Positions 25,770 through 38,840 of a DNA stretch of 64,000 bases are shown piece by piece. Both the position numbers and the translations under genes were made by a program. This DNA comes from Narcine bancroftii (Eukaryota), in assembly GCF_036971445.1 (NCBI RefSeq), contig NC_091471.1, positions 234,422,001 through 234,486,000 of the forward strand. The letters run 5' to 3'. Every line of letters begins with the position of its first letter. Position 1 is the first letter of the stretch. Under the pieces are notes generated by a model. The model was given only the letters and a program-made list of their open reading frames with translations, ran no database searches and was not told the origin of the DNA.

Positions 25770-26580
25770 ACAGGAGGATACAGACAGGATGCAGAGTTGG
25801 GCGGAGTTCAATCTGGATCAATGAGAGGCGATGCATTTTAGAAGGTCTAACCAGAAGGCTGAGTCCAGGGTTCATGGTCGGTTATTTAAGAGTGTAGATG
25901 AACAGAGGGACCTTGGGGGACAAGATCCCTATATCCCTCAAGGCTGCCGCGTCGGCTGATAAGACAGTTAATAAGGCCTATGGGATGCTGAGCTTCATTA
26001 ATGGGGGGATTGAATTCAGGAGTAGAGAGGTCATGTTGCAACTTTACAAATTCTTTGGTGATACCCCACTTGGAGGATTGTGTTCAGTTCTGGCCACCTC
26101 ATTACAGGAAGGATGTGGTAGCCATGGAGAGGGGACAGAGGAGATTGACCAGGACGTTGCCTGGATTGGGAAACAAATCTTATGGCCAAGGTTCGCAGAG
26201 CTGGGTGTTTTCTCTTTGGAGCGTAGAAGGATGAGAGGAAACTTGATAGAGGTCAACAAGATTATGAGAGGCAGAGATAGGGTGGACGGCCAGCGCCTAT
26301 TTCCCAGGGGAGGATCAGCTAACACCAGAAGCTATCTGTACAACGTGAAGGGAGGGAAGTTCAGGGGTAAGTTTTTTTTACACAGAGAGTTGTGGGGGGC
26401 CTGGAATGCCTTGCTGGGAATGATGGCGGAGGCTGGAACATTGGAGGCATACGGGTACATGGATGGAAGAAAAATACAGGGGTTATGGGGTAGGGAGGGT
26501 CTAGTACTTTTTTTAGGAATATATGGGTTGGCACAACATTTAAGGCCGAAGGGCCTGTCCTGTGCTGGAGTGTTCTTTGA
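25770..26580 (+). mobile_element. CR1 3' fragment
   Basis: [40 protein letters not shown]. An inverted CR1 piece lies at ~25200-25420. Confidence 0.88.
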
Positions 26581-27492
26581 CTAAAGTCGAGGATTCATGA
26601 TTGGGTAGAATTATGAGGTTCAGGGTCCGGGAATTGGGGGGGGGGGGGGAGGTGGGAAACTTTTGGGACCAGGTTCTGGGTGTTTGAGAATTCAGTTAGG
26701 GATTGAGGATTGGAGACAGGGTTTGGAGCCAGCCCTGTGGGGTTTAGGGGCAAGATTCAGATTCAGGGCTTGTGGTGAGGAATAAGGTTTTGAGTTGGAG
26801 TCACGAGCTTTGATTGAGGATTGGGGATAAGGATTTGCGGTCGATGTACGGGGTCGAGGTTCGAGAATTAAGTCTGGGATTGAGGGTTGAAGACCGTGGC
26901 GTTTTGACGGAATAATTCAGATCAGATGCGGTTTATTGTGTTGTAATAAAACAGAAATGTAATTTTGCAAGAAATTGCCTTCTGCCTCTCGTAAAGTCAC
27001 TGTTAGCATTGCCCGGCACCCCTTACGGTACGAGAGAAAGAGAAGCAAAGAAAGGTCCCTTTAGAAACACCAGGTGCCTGTGGATTCACCTCCAGCACTC
27101 CCACAGCCTCAGCAGCTGTACAGGGTCCGCACAGGGTCCTGGTCATCTGTCGCCACCCTGAGCTGCAGATCTGAACCTCCAGCGTGGTCAGGAAGCCCCA
27201 CAGTGCCCAAGGCCCCCTTCTTGCCCTCAGCTCCCTGTTATGAGCCGGTCTCCGGCAGCCCACGTGGGGCCCTCAGGTGTTGAGCCCCTTGCTGGTCCAC
27301 GGCAGATTAGTTTCCTCTGCTTCTCCCTCTCAAACGGTGGTGGGGGGGTTGGTCTCCCCGTTTTCCGGTGCCCAGCGCTGGTCCTCCGCTTCCCCCTGGT
27401 GTCTGCAGCCCCCTCGCATCCACTGCCCTCTTGGCCCCCAGGTCCTGCGATTGCAGAATTTTACAGTCACTGTTTATTCAGGGTGGGGTCAC

Positions 27493-30196
27493 TCACTGTG
27501 TGACCGACGGAGATGATGGTTCGATTGTCCCCAGAGTTCCTGAGCTCGGTTCACCAACTGCAGGATCCACATGTGTCTCTGCGGATTCTTGATCTGTCTT
27601 CTGACCTGGAATATAGGCAGGAGCGCTGTTGTTATACACGGGGATTGGGAATGGGAGAGGGGCGGGGGTGGGGAGAGAGGGGTGGGGGAGAGAGGGGAAG
27701 GGTGGGGGTTGGGGAGAGAGGGTGGGGGGAGAAGGGGAAGGGTGGAGAGAGAGAGAGGGGGACAGAGGGAAAGGGAGAAGGAGGGGGAAGGTGGAGGGGA
27801 GAGGGTGGAGAGAGGTGATAGAGGGGATAGAGAAGGGGAGAGAGTCGGGAAGAAGGGGAAAGAGGAGAGGGGGGATGGGGGAAATGAGGAGAGGGGAGTG
27901 AGAGGGAAGTGAAAGGGGAAGATATTGAGGGGGAAGGTGGGAGAGAGTGAGAAAGAAGGAGAGAAGGGTGGAGGGAGTGGAAGAGCAGGTGGTGGTACTT
28001 GGAGGGGGGGGTCAATGGACAGGGTAGGGCAGGAAAGAGAGTGAAGGGAGGGGAAGAAGGGGTGGGAAGAGAGGGAGGGAGATACCTACGGTATAGGGGT
28101 GTCCAGGTGACACCCAGTCACTTTTTAATTCCACTGCTCTGTCCATTCTCCATCTTTGTGTCCCTCTCCCCACCTCCTCCCCCCTTTCCACAGTCTCTTC
28201 CTCCTCTCTTCCCTTCCCCTACCTTCTCTCCCACCTCTCCTCCTCCATATAACCCTCTCCCCTTTCTCCCCCACTTCACCTCACCCTCCCCATCTCTCTC
28301 CCCCACTTTCCACCTTTTCCTTCTATCTCTCCCCCTCCCTATAACCTTTCTCTCCCCCACTTTCTCCCTCTCTCCCCTTCCCCTTTCATCTCTCTCCCCT
28401 ATTTCCCCCCTTTCCCTTTCATCTCTCTCCCTCCTATCCTTCCCTCTCCCCCCCCCCACTTTGTCACCCCTCTCTCACTCCCCCCCCACCTCTCCCCCAA
28501 TCCCTCCCAGACAGTCCCAGAGACATCCTCACCCACATCTCCCCAGAACAGGCTCAGGCACGACCCTTACCAGGCAGCAAAGCCTCGGCCCTGTCAACCC
28601 ACAGGCAGTAATCAGGTCGCCGCAGAAACCTTTTGCTCATCCCACAGGCCAGGCAGGTCACCACAGTCACTTGCTGCATCCGCCCTGTCGAATCAAGCAC
28701 AAAGAATTGTCCGAGATTGCAGCAGGGATTGAGGGAGCTGCACTGTCAGGGGGAGATGTATATACTCTGGGACCAGAGCCCATAATCCAGGCCCACCCTC
28801 CCCGGGGCCGGGACTGAGAGACCCAGAGAGCAGTTAGAATGGGTGCGGGGAGGGGAATTGTTTCTTACGTCTTTGGCGAACTTTGGCTGTGATCCCAGGC
28901 ACGAGGAGTGAGGAACACTTTTTACAAACTGTCCGTTTCACCGAGGGATCCCTGTAATTTACAGCGGCATTAAATGAAGGAGTTTGTCCCACAACATGGA
29001 ACATCCAACCCCAGTACAGACTATATGAGGTTGTGCTGACCCATACACACCCACTCAATAACATACCCCCTCCTCTCCCTACCCCGTAACCCTCTATTTT
29101 CCTTCCATTCATGTGTCTAAGAGTCTCTTAAATGCCCCCAATGTTCCAGCCTCCACCACTAACCCCGACAAGGCATTCCAGGCCCCTACTACTCTCTGTG
29201 TAAAAGAGAACTTACCCCTGATGACTCTGTAAAACTTCCTTCCTCTCCTTCTTCCATGCCCCTCCCTACCACCGCTCTTCATCCCTCCCTCTACCTCCCA
29301 CCTCTTCCCATCCCTCCGTCTACCTCCTTCCACTCCCCACCCCTCCCCTTTGCTGTCCACCTCCATCATCCCTCTGCTCTCCAATGTCCCCCCTTCCTCC
29401 CCCTCCCTCCCTCTGCTCCCATCCACGAGGACTCACTGACGCAGCACCAGCCGCTTGGAGATGCCGCGCTGGGTGTGGAGGAGGAAGCGGACCAGGGCGG
29501 TGTTGTCCGGGTTCCCAGCCAGGATGCAGTGGGCAGCCTGCGATGGGGGGGGGGAAGGGGGGTAGAGAGAAGTGGTCAGAATGGCTGAGGAGGGGTCAGG
29601 GAGGAAGTGGAGAGGTCAGGGGATGGGGTGAGGGTTCAGGTGAAGTAGTGAGGGGTCAGGGAGGACTTGGGTTGAGAAGTTAGGGGCCTTGGCGAAGGGT
29701 CAAGGGATGGGGTGAGAGATAAGTGGATGGGAGTGAGAGGTCAGGGGACAGGGTGAGACATCGGGATGGGGTGAGGGGTTAGGGGAGGGTGTGGGCTCAA
29801 GGAGGTGTCAGAATGGGGTGAGGATTCAGGGAAAGGGGTGAGGGGTTGGTTCAAGAGATCAGGGGATAGGGTGAGGGGTCAAGGGACGAAGAGGGGTCGG
29901 GGGTCGTGGAAGGGTGAGGGGTCAAGTAGGGGTCGGGGCGGGAAAAGAGAAGGGTGAGGGGTCAAGACGGGAAAAGAGAAGGGTGAGGGGTCAAGTAGGG
30001 GTCATGGGACGGAAAAGAGAAGGGTGAGGGGTCAAGTAGGATCAAGGGACGGGGTGAGGGGTCAGGGAGGGGTCAAGGGATGGGGAGAGGGAGTCAGGGA
30101 GGGGTCAAGGGACGGGGAGAGGGGTCAGAGTGTCACCTGCTGCAAGTAGTTGAGCCGCAATAGCGCATCCTTGTCCTTCACGTTCACGTTCGACAT
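27493..30196 (-). CDS. RPP21: Ribonuclease P protein subunit p21, ~156 aa. Exons 30196-30137, 29537-29437, 28951-28869, 28684-28571, 27605-27493
   Basis: Spliced product MSNVNVKDKDALLRLNYLQQ|AAHCILAGNPDNTALVRF...SKRLVLRQ|DPSVKRTVCKKCSSLLVPG...|...VTCLACGMSKRFL, with the Rpr2 zinc-ribbon CxxC pairs. All introns GT-AG and in phase. AATAAA on the minus strand at 27473-27478. Confidence 0.96.
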
Positions 30197-30409
30197 CTTG
30201 CGGCGCGATGACGTCACGCCTCAACCGCCGCTTTTCAGCGTGATGACGTAATCGTGCGATCCCATGCTAGCTGTCATCCCTCCGCCCCCCAGTGACTCCG
30301 CCTGCCCATGGAAAACCCACCCCTTCTTGTGTCGTCACATCCGGTCTTGCTTCCTCCTCCTCCTCCTTCCCCCCCTCTCATCTGGACTCGGAGGTCGGAG
30401 GGAAACGCC
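30197..30409. promoter_or_regulatory. CpG-rich bidirectional promoter between RPP21 and ERCC1
   Basis: TGACGTCA at 30209-30216, TGACGTAA at 30244-30251, CCGCCC GC box, CGTCACATCCGG. Divergent ATGs at 30196 and 30410. Confidence 0.8.
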
Positions 30410-33400
30410 ATGTCGAGCCCACCGTCGCCAGGTGGCATCGCGTCACTTCCGGTGAGCAATGGCAGCCAGGTCGCGGTGCGCACCGTCTCCTGCCGCCCAG
30501 GGCGGGAAGCGCGTCGCCAGGAGCCATGTGCACCCCTGCGCACGCCGGTGATGTCGCCCACCAGCCGACCGACCCGCTTTTGTGACGTTACCATGGACCG
30601 CGAAGCCTTGCGTCACGTGACCCAGATTCCCCGTAGCGCTGCGGTAACCGCTGATGCCACCCAGCTCACCGGGTCCTGACGTCACCCAATCATCCCGATG
30701 TCACCTGGGGCCCTGACATCACACTGAGACCCCGATGTCACCCTGGGGCCCTGACGTCACCAAGTCCTTCCTTGTCTTCAGGGGAGAACAGCAGCCGTTC
30801 AGCCCATTGAGTCTGCTCCGCCCCGAGCTGATCCATTTCCCCACTCGGCCCCACTGCCCGGCCTTCTCCCCACACCCTCTCATGCTACTCAAGAACCCAC
30901 CCAAGGACCTGGCCTCCGCAACCGCCCGTGGCAACGGATTCCACGCCCTCCGGCTGAAGAAATTCCTCCACGTCTCAGTTCTCAGCGGGCGCCCTTCAAT
31001 CTGGAAGTTGTGCCCTCTTGTCCCAGACTCTCCCACGTTGGAAACAACCTTTCCACATCGACTCTGTCCACACCTTTCAATGTTCAAAATGTGTCAATGA
31101 GATTCCCTCTCATTCTCCTAAATTCCAGTGAACACAGGCCATCAAACGCTCCTTCCATTTCCAGAATCGTCCTGATGAACCTCCTCTGAACCCTCTCCAA
31201 TGTCAGCACATCCTTTCGGAAATGAGGAGCCCAAAACTGCTCCCAACACTCCAAGTGAGGGCTCAGCAGGGCCCTCCACATCACATCCTTGCCCTTGTAA
31301 TCTATTCCTCCTGAAACGAACACCAGCATCGCATTTGCCTTCTTCACCACCGGCTCAACCTGCAAGTTCCCCTTCAGGCCGTCCCGCACGAGGACTCCCA
31401 GGTCCCTTTGCATCTGGGGATTTTCAATTTTCTCCCCCATTTAGGAAGTTACCAGGAAAGGCTGTGGAGGTTGTCTACGTGGACTTTAGTCAGGCCTTTG
31501 TCAAGGTCACACATGGGAGGTTCATCAGGAAGGTTCAGACACTTAGTATTCAGGGTGAATCAGTGAATTGGATGGGAGAAGACAGAGTAGTGGTGAATGG
31601 TGGCTTTTCAGACTGGAGCCCAGTGATGAGTGGTGTGTTTCAGGGATTGGTGCTGGGACCTTTGTTGTTTGTTGTCAGCAAGTTTGCAGATGACACTAAG
31701 ATTGGAGGCATTTTGGACAGTGAGGGAAGTTTTCAAAGCTTTCAGAGGAATCTGGACCAGCTGGGAAATGGCAGATGGAATTTAATGCAGACAAGTGTGA
31801 GGTGTTGCATTTTGGAAGAACAAACCAAGAAAGGACATAGACAGTCAATGGCCGGGCACTGAGTAGGGATCTGGGAATGCAGATACATAATTCCCTGAAA
31901 GTGGTGTCACAGGTAGCCAGGGTTGTAAAGAGAGATTTTAGCCTTCATAAATCAAAGTATTAAGTACAGGAGTTGGGATGTTATGGAAAAATTGTATAAG
32001 TCATTTTTGAGGCCGAATTTGGAGTATTGTATGCAGTTTTGGTCACCGAACAGGAAGGATATCAGTGAGATAGAAAGAGTGCAGAGAAGATTTACTAGGA
32101 TGTTTCCCGGACTTCAGGAACTGAGTTACAGGGAAAGGTTAAATAGGTTGAGACTTTATTCCCTGGAGTGTAGAGGAATGAGGGGAGATTTGATTGAGCT
32201 ATTTAAAAATATTGATGTTGGCTTTATCAACTGAGGATGGGTGAGATACAAATCAGAGGACATGCATTAAGGGTGAAAGGGGAGAAGATCAGAGGAAACT
32301 AAGGTTGTCGAATGTCACAAGAGGATATGGAAGGGGATGCAGAGTTGGGTGGAGAAGTGGTAGATGGAGTTCAATCCCGATAAGTGTGAGGAGATGCATT
32401 TTGGAAGGACAAACCAGAAGGTTGATAATGGTCAGTTACTTAAGAGTGTGGTTGAACAGAAGGACCTTGGGGTCCAAATCCATACATCCCTCAAGGTTGA
32501 AAGGGTAGTTAAGAAGGCCTAAGGGATGCTGGGCTTCATTAATGGGGGGATTGAGTTCAGGAGTAGAGGTCATGTTACAACTCTACAAATCTCTGGTGAG
32601 AAAACACTTGGAGTATTGTGTTCAGTTCTGGTCACGTCATTACAGGAAGGATGTGGAAGCCGTGGAGAGGGGGCAGAGGAGATTCACTAGGATATTACCT
32701 GATTGGGAAATGAGGCAAAGTTCACAGAGATCGGATTTTGCTCTTTGGAGAGTAGAAGGATGAGAGGAGACAATAAATTATGAGAGCCCTAGATAGCACC
32801 TGTTTCTGAGGGCAGGATCAGCAAACATTACATCTGCCGCCTAGATCCTCAACTGGAAGTGGGAGGGAACCCACTCCCCCTTGCCAGAGGTGGAGTTAGT
32901 CCATGTACACCACATCCGCCATATTGTTCCTCCACCAGGAGAGTAAGGGAACCCTCTTCCCCTCGCTAGAGGTGGAGTTAGACCACATACACCACATCTG
33001 CCGCATCGATCCTCTGCAGGGAGCGTGAGAGAAATCTCTCCCCTTGCATGAGGTGGAGTTAGTCCATGTACACCACATCTGCCATCTCGATCCTTCATCA
33101 GGAGTGTGAGGGAACCCTCTCCTGGGAGAGAGGATGGGGAATTAGTCTGGGTACACCGCATCCGCTACATCCCACACATTTATCCTCACCAGAGGGTGTG
33201 ACTATCCACTGAAGTGCATTAGTCCATGCACACCACATTCGCTGCACCCACCATGTCAATCTTCCTCACTCCACATCCTGTGTCTATCCCACCCCAGGTG
33301 ACAGAGTCCTTGAGGAGAGGGGAGGAGGAGCCGAGGGGGCAGGGACTGGGCACACCCTCGGACCCGGATGCCCAAGGAACTGGACAGGTTGAGGGGGAGC

Positions 33401-36400
33401 GTTCCCTGGAGAGAGGAGCAGCCACGAGGCAGGGGGGCATCATCGTCAGCCCCCGGCAGGTGAGGGGAGAGAGGGTAGGGGACAGGAAGAGGTGATGAGG
33501 AGAGAGGGTGGGGAATGAAGAGAGGGAGGAGAGAGAAGCGAGGGGAGGATCTGGTGTGAGGGAGGGAGAAAAGGAGGGGAAGGGGAGGTGAGGGAAAGGG
33601 GTATAGTGGGTGAGGGGGGGACAGGAGGGTGGGGGAGGGGAAAGGAGGAAGGGGGGGAGGGAAGGGGAGGTGTGAAATGGGGAGGGAGGGTCAGTGGGGG
33701 GGAGAGTGTTCCTGGGACCCACAGACACTTTGGCCCACAGCGAGGGAACCCGGTGCTGAGGTGCATCCGCAGCGTGCCCTGGGAGTTCGGCGAGGTGATG
33801 GCCGACTTCATCCTGGGATCATCCACGGGCGCCCTCTTCCTCAGGTAGGGTTACCACTCCCTTGGTCACTCACTCCCTCCACACCTGTCCACCTTCATCC
33901 CCAACAACCCCCCTCACCCCTTCCCCATCTCTCTCCTCCCCTCTCCCCATTCTCCCCCCTCTCCTCCACCTCCCCCCACCATGGACAGACCCACACATTG
34001 ACTTCCCCCTCCGCCCACAGCCTGCGCTACCACGCTCTCCATCCTGACTACATCCACCAGCGTCTCCGTCTCCTCGGCCGGGAACACGGGCTTCGCTTGT
34101 TACTGCTGCTGGTCGACACAGTGAGTCAGTGTGGGTCTGTGTATGGGTCTGCGTGTGGGCCTGGGCGTGGTCTGCATGTGAGCCTGTGTGCCATCTGTGC
34201 GTGGGTTTGCATGGATGTGTATGTGGGTCTGCGTGTAGGTTTGCATGTGTGAATGTGTCTGGGAGTGTGCATGGTTCTGTGTTGGTGTGTAGGACTGTGT
34301 GTGCCTGTAAGTGGTTGTGTGGGTCTGCGAGTGGTGTGCCTGGGTCTGCATGATAGTCGACGTGGATGTGTGTGTGGGTCTGTGTATTGGTTTGTATGTG
34401 GGTCAGCGTGTCTGGGAGTCTTGTGTGTGGGTGGGACAGAGTGGTGTGTGAGTCTGTGTGGGACTGTATGCATCTGAGTGTGGGACTGTATGCATCTGAT
34501 TGTGTAGGTGTGTGTGTGGCCCTGTGCTTGCATGTTGTTCTGTGCATGGATATGCATGTGGGCCTGCGTGGATCTGTTTCAGTTTGCACGTGGGTTTATG
34601 TCTTGGAGTGTGTGTGGGTCTGAAGTTTGCTTTCTTTTCCATTTTTTTTTCTAGTTTTTATGCTAGAATCAGTACAATGAAGAAAAGGGAACGAAAGTGA
34701 GAATTCAATGTCAATATTTGTATGTATTTCAAGATCCAACTTCAAACTGGCTACCTGTCTACTGCCCTGGGTGAGGACAGAAAAGACATCAAACATATAA
34801 AAACCCCACCTCACCTACTCTATATACAAAAAAAAACTAACTTAAAAGAAAACATGCCTGAGGGCGACATATATTTTGTAGCTTTTGATTCATCCCCTGA
34901 ATCAGACTAGATCTCATTGGGAAGAGTGAGAACATCTAATCACATTAAAAACATTTACAGCAAATGAAAATAAGACATAAAAGGTCTCCATGTATCTTCA
35001 AATTTCACTGATGAATCCAATACATGATATCTAAAATTTTTTCTGAAGATAATACGAAAAAGCCAGTGAATCACTGTTGGGAGTCTTTCCATTTGAATTC
35101 GATGGCTCTTCGAGCCAACAATGTAGAGGAGCTCACAATCTGTTGAGCAGTTACAGAAAAACTCTCTGTGTCTGTGTCAATCACCTCAAAAGGAGCAGTT
35201 ATTGGATTGGGTTGCAGCTCCACCTGAAAAGATATTAAAAATTTCTTTCCAGTAGATTTCTAAGGATGGTCAAGACCAAAACAAGTGTGTCAATACAGCA
35301 ATATAAGATTTGCATCTGAAACAAGTTGGGTTACTATTAGAAAAGTTACAAGCTGGCTTATCTTTGGACATGTGGACACGATGCATCCCTTGAAATTGGA
35401 TTCAGAATGTTGGGCACCTATTGAAGACATATTCACCAGTTTGAAGAGTCTTGTCCCATAGATCCTCCAATAAGTTTAAATCCCCAAGCCATTTTTTAAA
35501 TCTTATCATGAAGTAGAGGATGTAATTTCAATAATCTATCAGATATAATTCCAATGAACCCTTTCTGAGAAGGATGATTCACTTGAAAAGTATTATCCAC
35601 TGTTATCTGGTAAATATACAAATGGAAAGTCCGGTAATATGGTATTTAAGAAATTTCTAATCTGTAAATATCTAAAAAATGAATATTTGGTAAGTCATAT
35701 TTACTTGCCAGCTGTTCAAACAACATTAAACAACCTCCCTAAAATGAATTTGCAAAAGAAATAACATCTTTGATTATCCATGTAGAGAAGGATCGATCAA
35801 TTATTGACGGTCGAAAATAAAATTATGAAAGAGAGCACTTCCTGTGTGAAAGGAGACAGTGGGAAAAGGAGGGGGGAGAGAAAGAGAGAGCTGGGGGAAG
35901 GCGATGGGAAGAATGAGGAGGGGTTAACAGAAACCGGAGAAGTCGATGTTAATGCCGTCCGGTTAGAGGGGGCCCAGTCAGAAGATGAGGTGTTGTTCCT
36001 GCAGTGCAGGAGACCATGGAGAGATGTGTCACCAAGGGAGCAGGGTGGGGAACTGAAATCGGTGACCATTGGGAGATCCGCGCTTTGGCGGTGGACAGAG
36101 CCGAGGTGTTCAACGGTGTGACCTCACAGCCTGCGTCCCACTCTCCCCACCGTAGGGGAGACCCCAGCTGGAGCACCGCATACAGTTGACGACCCCTGCA
36201 GATTCACAAGTGAAATGTTGCTTCACATGGAAGGACTGTTTGGGGCTCCGAATGGGGCTGGGGGAGGAGGTGTGGGGACAAGTGGGGCATCTCCCATGGG
36301 TCATGGGGGTAGGCCCTATGGGGGACAATAGGTGGGTAGGTAGGAGTGGACAAGGGAGTGACGGAGGGAGTGGTCCCTGTGGTAGGCAAAGAGGGGAAGA

Positions 36401-38840
36401 CGGTATTATCACGTAGTAGGTGGCTAAAATAGAGGAGGTTGGATGAAGCTGGTGGGGTAGTAAGTGTATAGTCTGCAGCTCCACACACTCACTCCCCACT
36501 TCAGTTTCCCACTTCCCTTCCACCCTTTCCTCTCTCCCCTGCTGTCTCACCCCTGCTGTCTCCTCACCCCTTTTCTCTCCCCCCACTCTCTCCTCCTCCT
36601 CTTCCTACTCCTCTTCTCTCCCCTCACTCTCTTCCCCCTCTGTCCCACCTTCTCCCTCCACCTCTCTCCCTACCCCTCTTCTCTCCCTCTCCCAATCACT
36701 CTCTTCCCTCTCCTCTCCCCCTCACCTCCTGTTTCTCCCCTTTCCCTCTCCCCTACCTCTCTCTTCCCCCACTCTCTCCCTCCCTCACTCCCCCCTGTTC
36801 CACCCATTCCCACCCCTATTCCTTCTCTACCCACTCTCTCCTCCTGCCTCTCCCCTCTATTACTCTCCCCCTTTTATTCCTCTCTACCTATCTCTCCTCC
36901 CTCCCCCCTCTCCTTCCCTCTTCCCCCTCTCCCATCAAAGGCTGTGTATCCAAGCCAAGATGAAACCGAGAATGGTCAGTCCTAACTTCTGAATAAGCAA
37001 TATTTCATTCCTCAGAAAAACCCGCATGATGATCTCAAAGAATTGGCACGGATCAGTATCCTGGCCGACTGCACCCTCATCCTGGCGTGGAGGTAAATGA
37101 AGCTCCCTATCCCCCGTCCCGTCACACACTCCTAGGGTGGGACACAGAGTGAAGGTCCCTCTCCCCCGTCCCGTAACACACTCGCGGGGTGGGAGACTGA
37201 GTGAAGCTCCCTCATCCCGTCACACACTCCCGGGGTGGGAGACTGAGTGAAGCTCCCTCTCCCCGTCCCATCACAAACTCTCGCGGTGGGACACAGAGTG
37301 AAACTCCCTCACTCCTGACTTGTTTCTTCCTCCCCAGTGTTGAGGAGGCTGGGAGATATTTGGAGAGTTACAAAATTTATGAAAATAAACCAGTCGATAT
37401 TTTGAAGGAGAAAGTGGAGCAAGATTTTCTTTCGAAGGTAAGTGTGTGCGTCCCGGAGTATATACCTCCCCCCCCAACAGTGCGGCTCCCTCAGTCCAAG
37501 CCCCGGGGAGGGTGGGGCCAGGATTATGGGTCCTGGAGTATATACATCTCCCCCTGACAGTGTGGCTCCCTCACTCCTGGCCCTGGGGAGGGTGGGCCTG
37601 GATTATGGGTCCCGAAGTATATACATCTCCCCCCATCAATGCTGGTGGAGAGAGGGAGGAATTATGAGAGAGGGAGCAAAGGATGCTGGAACAACAAGAT
37701 GGAGAGATAGTAGGACAGAGGTTGAGAAAGACAGAAAGGGATGGAAGGAACGAGGATGGAAAGATACAGGTATAGGGGGGATTTAGGGTTGGAAGGTTAC
37801 AGGGAGGGAGGGATACAGGGACAGAGATACAGGGACAAAGGGATACCTGGATGGAGAGATATTAGGTGGAGATACAGTGAGAGGGATACAGGGATGGAGG
37901 GAGATGGATGGCTAGTGAGAAACCCCTGAACTCACTCCCTGTCACCTTGATGTGACGGCTCCAGGATGCCCTCCGATCAGCCACTTCCCCCGGCTGGAGG
38001 GTGCCGTCCCTCCCATTCCATCAGAGGGGTCAGTCTCCCCCTGGGGTGGGGTCTGTAACTCTGTCTCCTTGACCTGATACTTCACTCCCTTTTTCATTCC
38101 CCCTCCTTCCCTCTCCCTCTCCCCTCCCTTCCACTCTGCAGATTACGGACTGTCTCACCTCGGTGAAGTCAGTGAATCGAACCGATTGCTTCACTCTCAT
38201 TAACACCTTCAAGGTCAGTGTTTCTCCCCTCCATCTCTCTCCCCCCTCCTTCCTCTCTCTTGTTCTCCCCACTCTCCACCCTCTCTTTCTACCCCCTCCC
38301 TCTCTCCCTTTCTATCCTCTCTTCTCATCCCTCTCTCTCCCTTCCCCCTCTCTGCCCATCTCTCTCCCCTCTCTCTTACCCATCTTCCCCTGACTGCTCT
38401 CCTCCCCCTCCCCTTTTTCTACCTGTTCTCTCTGTCCCTCTCTTTTCCTCCCCCTCACCCATCTGGGAGTATCTAACCCCTCGCCTCTTTCCACAGACCC
38501 TGGGATCGATGATCGAAGCCTCTCGGGACGAACTTGCCCTCTGTCCCGGTCTGGGTCCCCAGAAGGTGAGGCGGGGCAAGAGGAAGTGGTTTTCGGGGAG
38601 GGAAGTTGGTGAACCGGAAGGGGTTAGGAAAGGGGTGTTGGAGGGGGAGGAGAGGACTTGGGGTGTTTGGTTAGCAGGGGGAGTCACTGGGAGGACGAAA
38701 CCTCCCCTCTCGGCCTTGCCCATGTTCCGAGAAAAATGGCATCTGCCTTTTCCCTCCCGCAGGCCCAGAGGCTCCACCAACTGTTCCGGGAGCCCTTCGT
38801 CCGGGAACGGGAGCCAGGAACCAGGATTGGAGGCACCTGA
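30410..38840 (+). CDS. ERCC1: DNA excision repair protein ERCC1, ~267 aa. Exons 30410-30451 (less certain), 33298-33459, 33741-33844, 34021-34120, 37016-37092, 37338-37437, 38142-38213, 38497-38565, 38763-38840
   Basis: IIVSPRQ|RGNPVL...VPWEFG...ALFLS|[12 protein letters not shown]...|...[20 protein letters not shown]|[12 protein letters not shown]...|[15 protein letters not shown]|...[11 protein letters not shown]|AQRL. All introns GT-AG with consistent phase. The first coding exon is inferred from a good Kozak ATG and a phase-0 donor. Confidence 0.96.
30790..32830. mobile_element. Cluster of CR1 fragments in ERCC1 intron 1 (minus ~30790-31445; plus ~31450-32830)
   Basis: [43 protein letters not shown] motifs. 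Confidence 0.85.
32830..33260. repeat. ~80-bp minisatellite (GGTGGAGTTAGTCCATGTACACCACATC...)
   Basis: About 5 degenerate copies. Confidence 0.8.
34635..35800 (-). mobile_element. Old L1 ORF2 3' fragment
   Basis: AT-rich; minus strand reads like the L1 C-terminal HRVHMSKDK...C..CK region, with a T-tract at the left end. Confidence 0.6.
35930..36440 (-). mobile_element. Penelope-like element, GIY-YIG endonuclease fragment
   Basis: [34 protein letters not shown]...HGLLHC...EQHLIF.LG...NGINIDF. Confidence 0.8.
37097..37312. repeat. ~51-bp minisatellite filling most of an ERCC1 intron
   Basis: About 4.5 copies of GTGAAGCTCCCTCTCCCCGTCCCGTCACACACTC..GGGTGGGA.AC.GA. Confidence 0.9.

Noticed and set aside
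30308-30679. 123-aa ORF as a separate gene
   Set aside because: It shares the frame of ERCC1 exon 1 and runs into the intron; at most an alternative upstream start.
34121-34620. Cys/Val- and His/Thr-rich ORFs (also 24061-24445)
   Set aside because: Degenerate (TG)n microsatellites.
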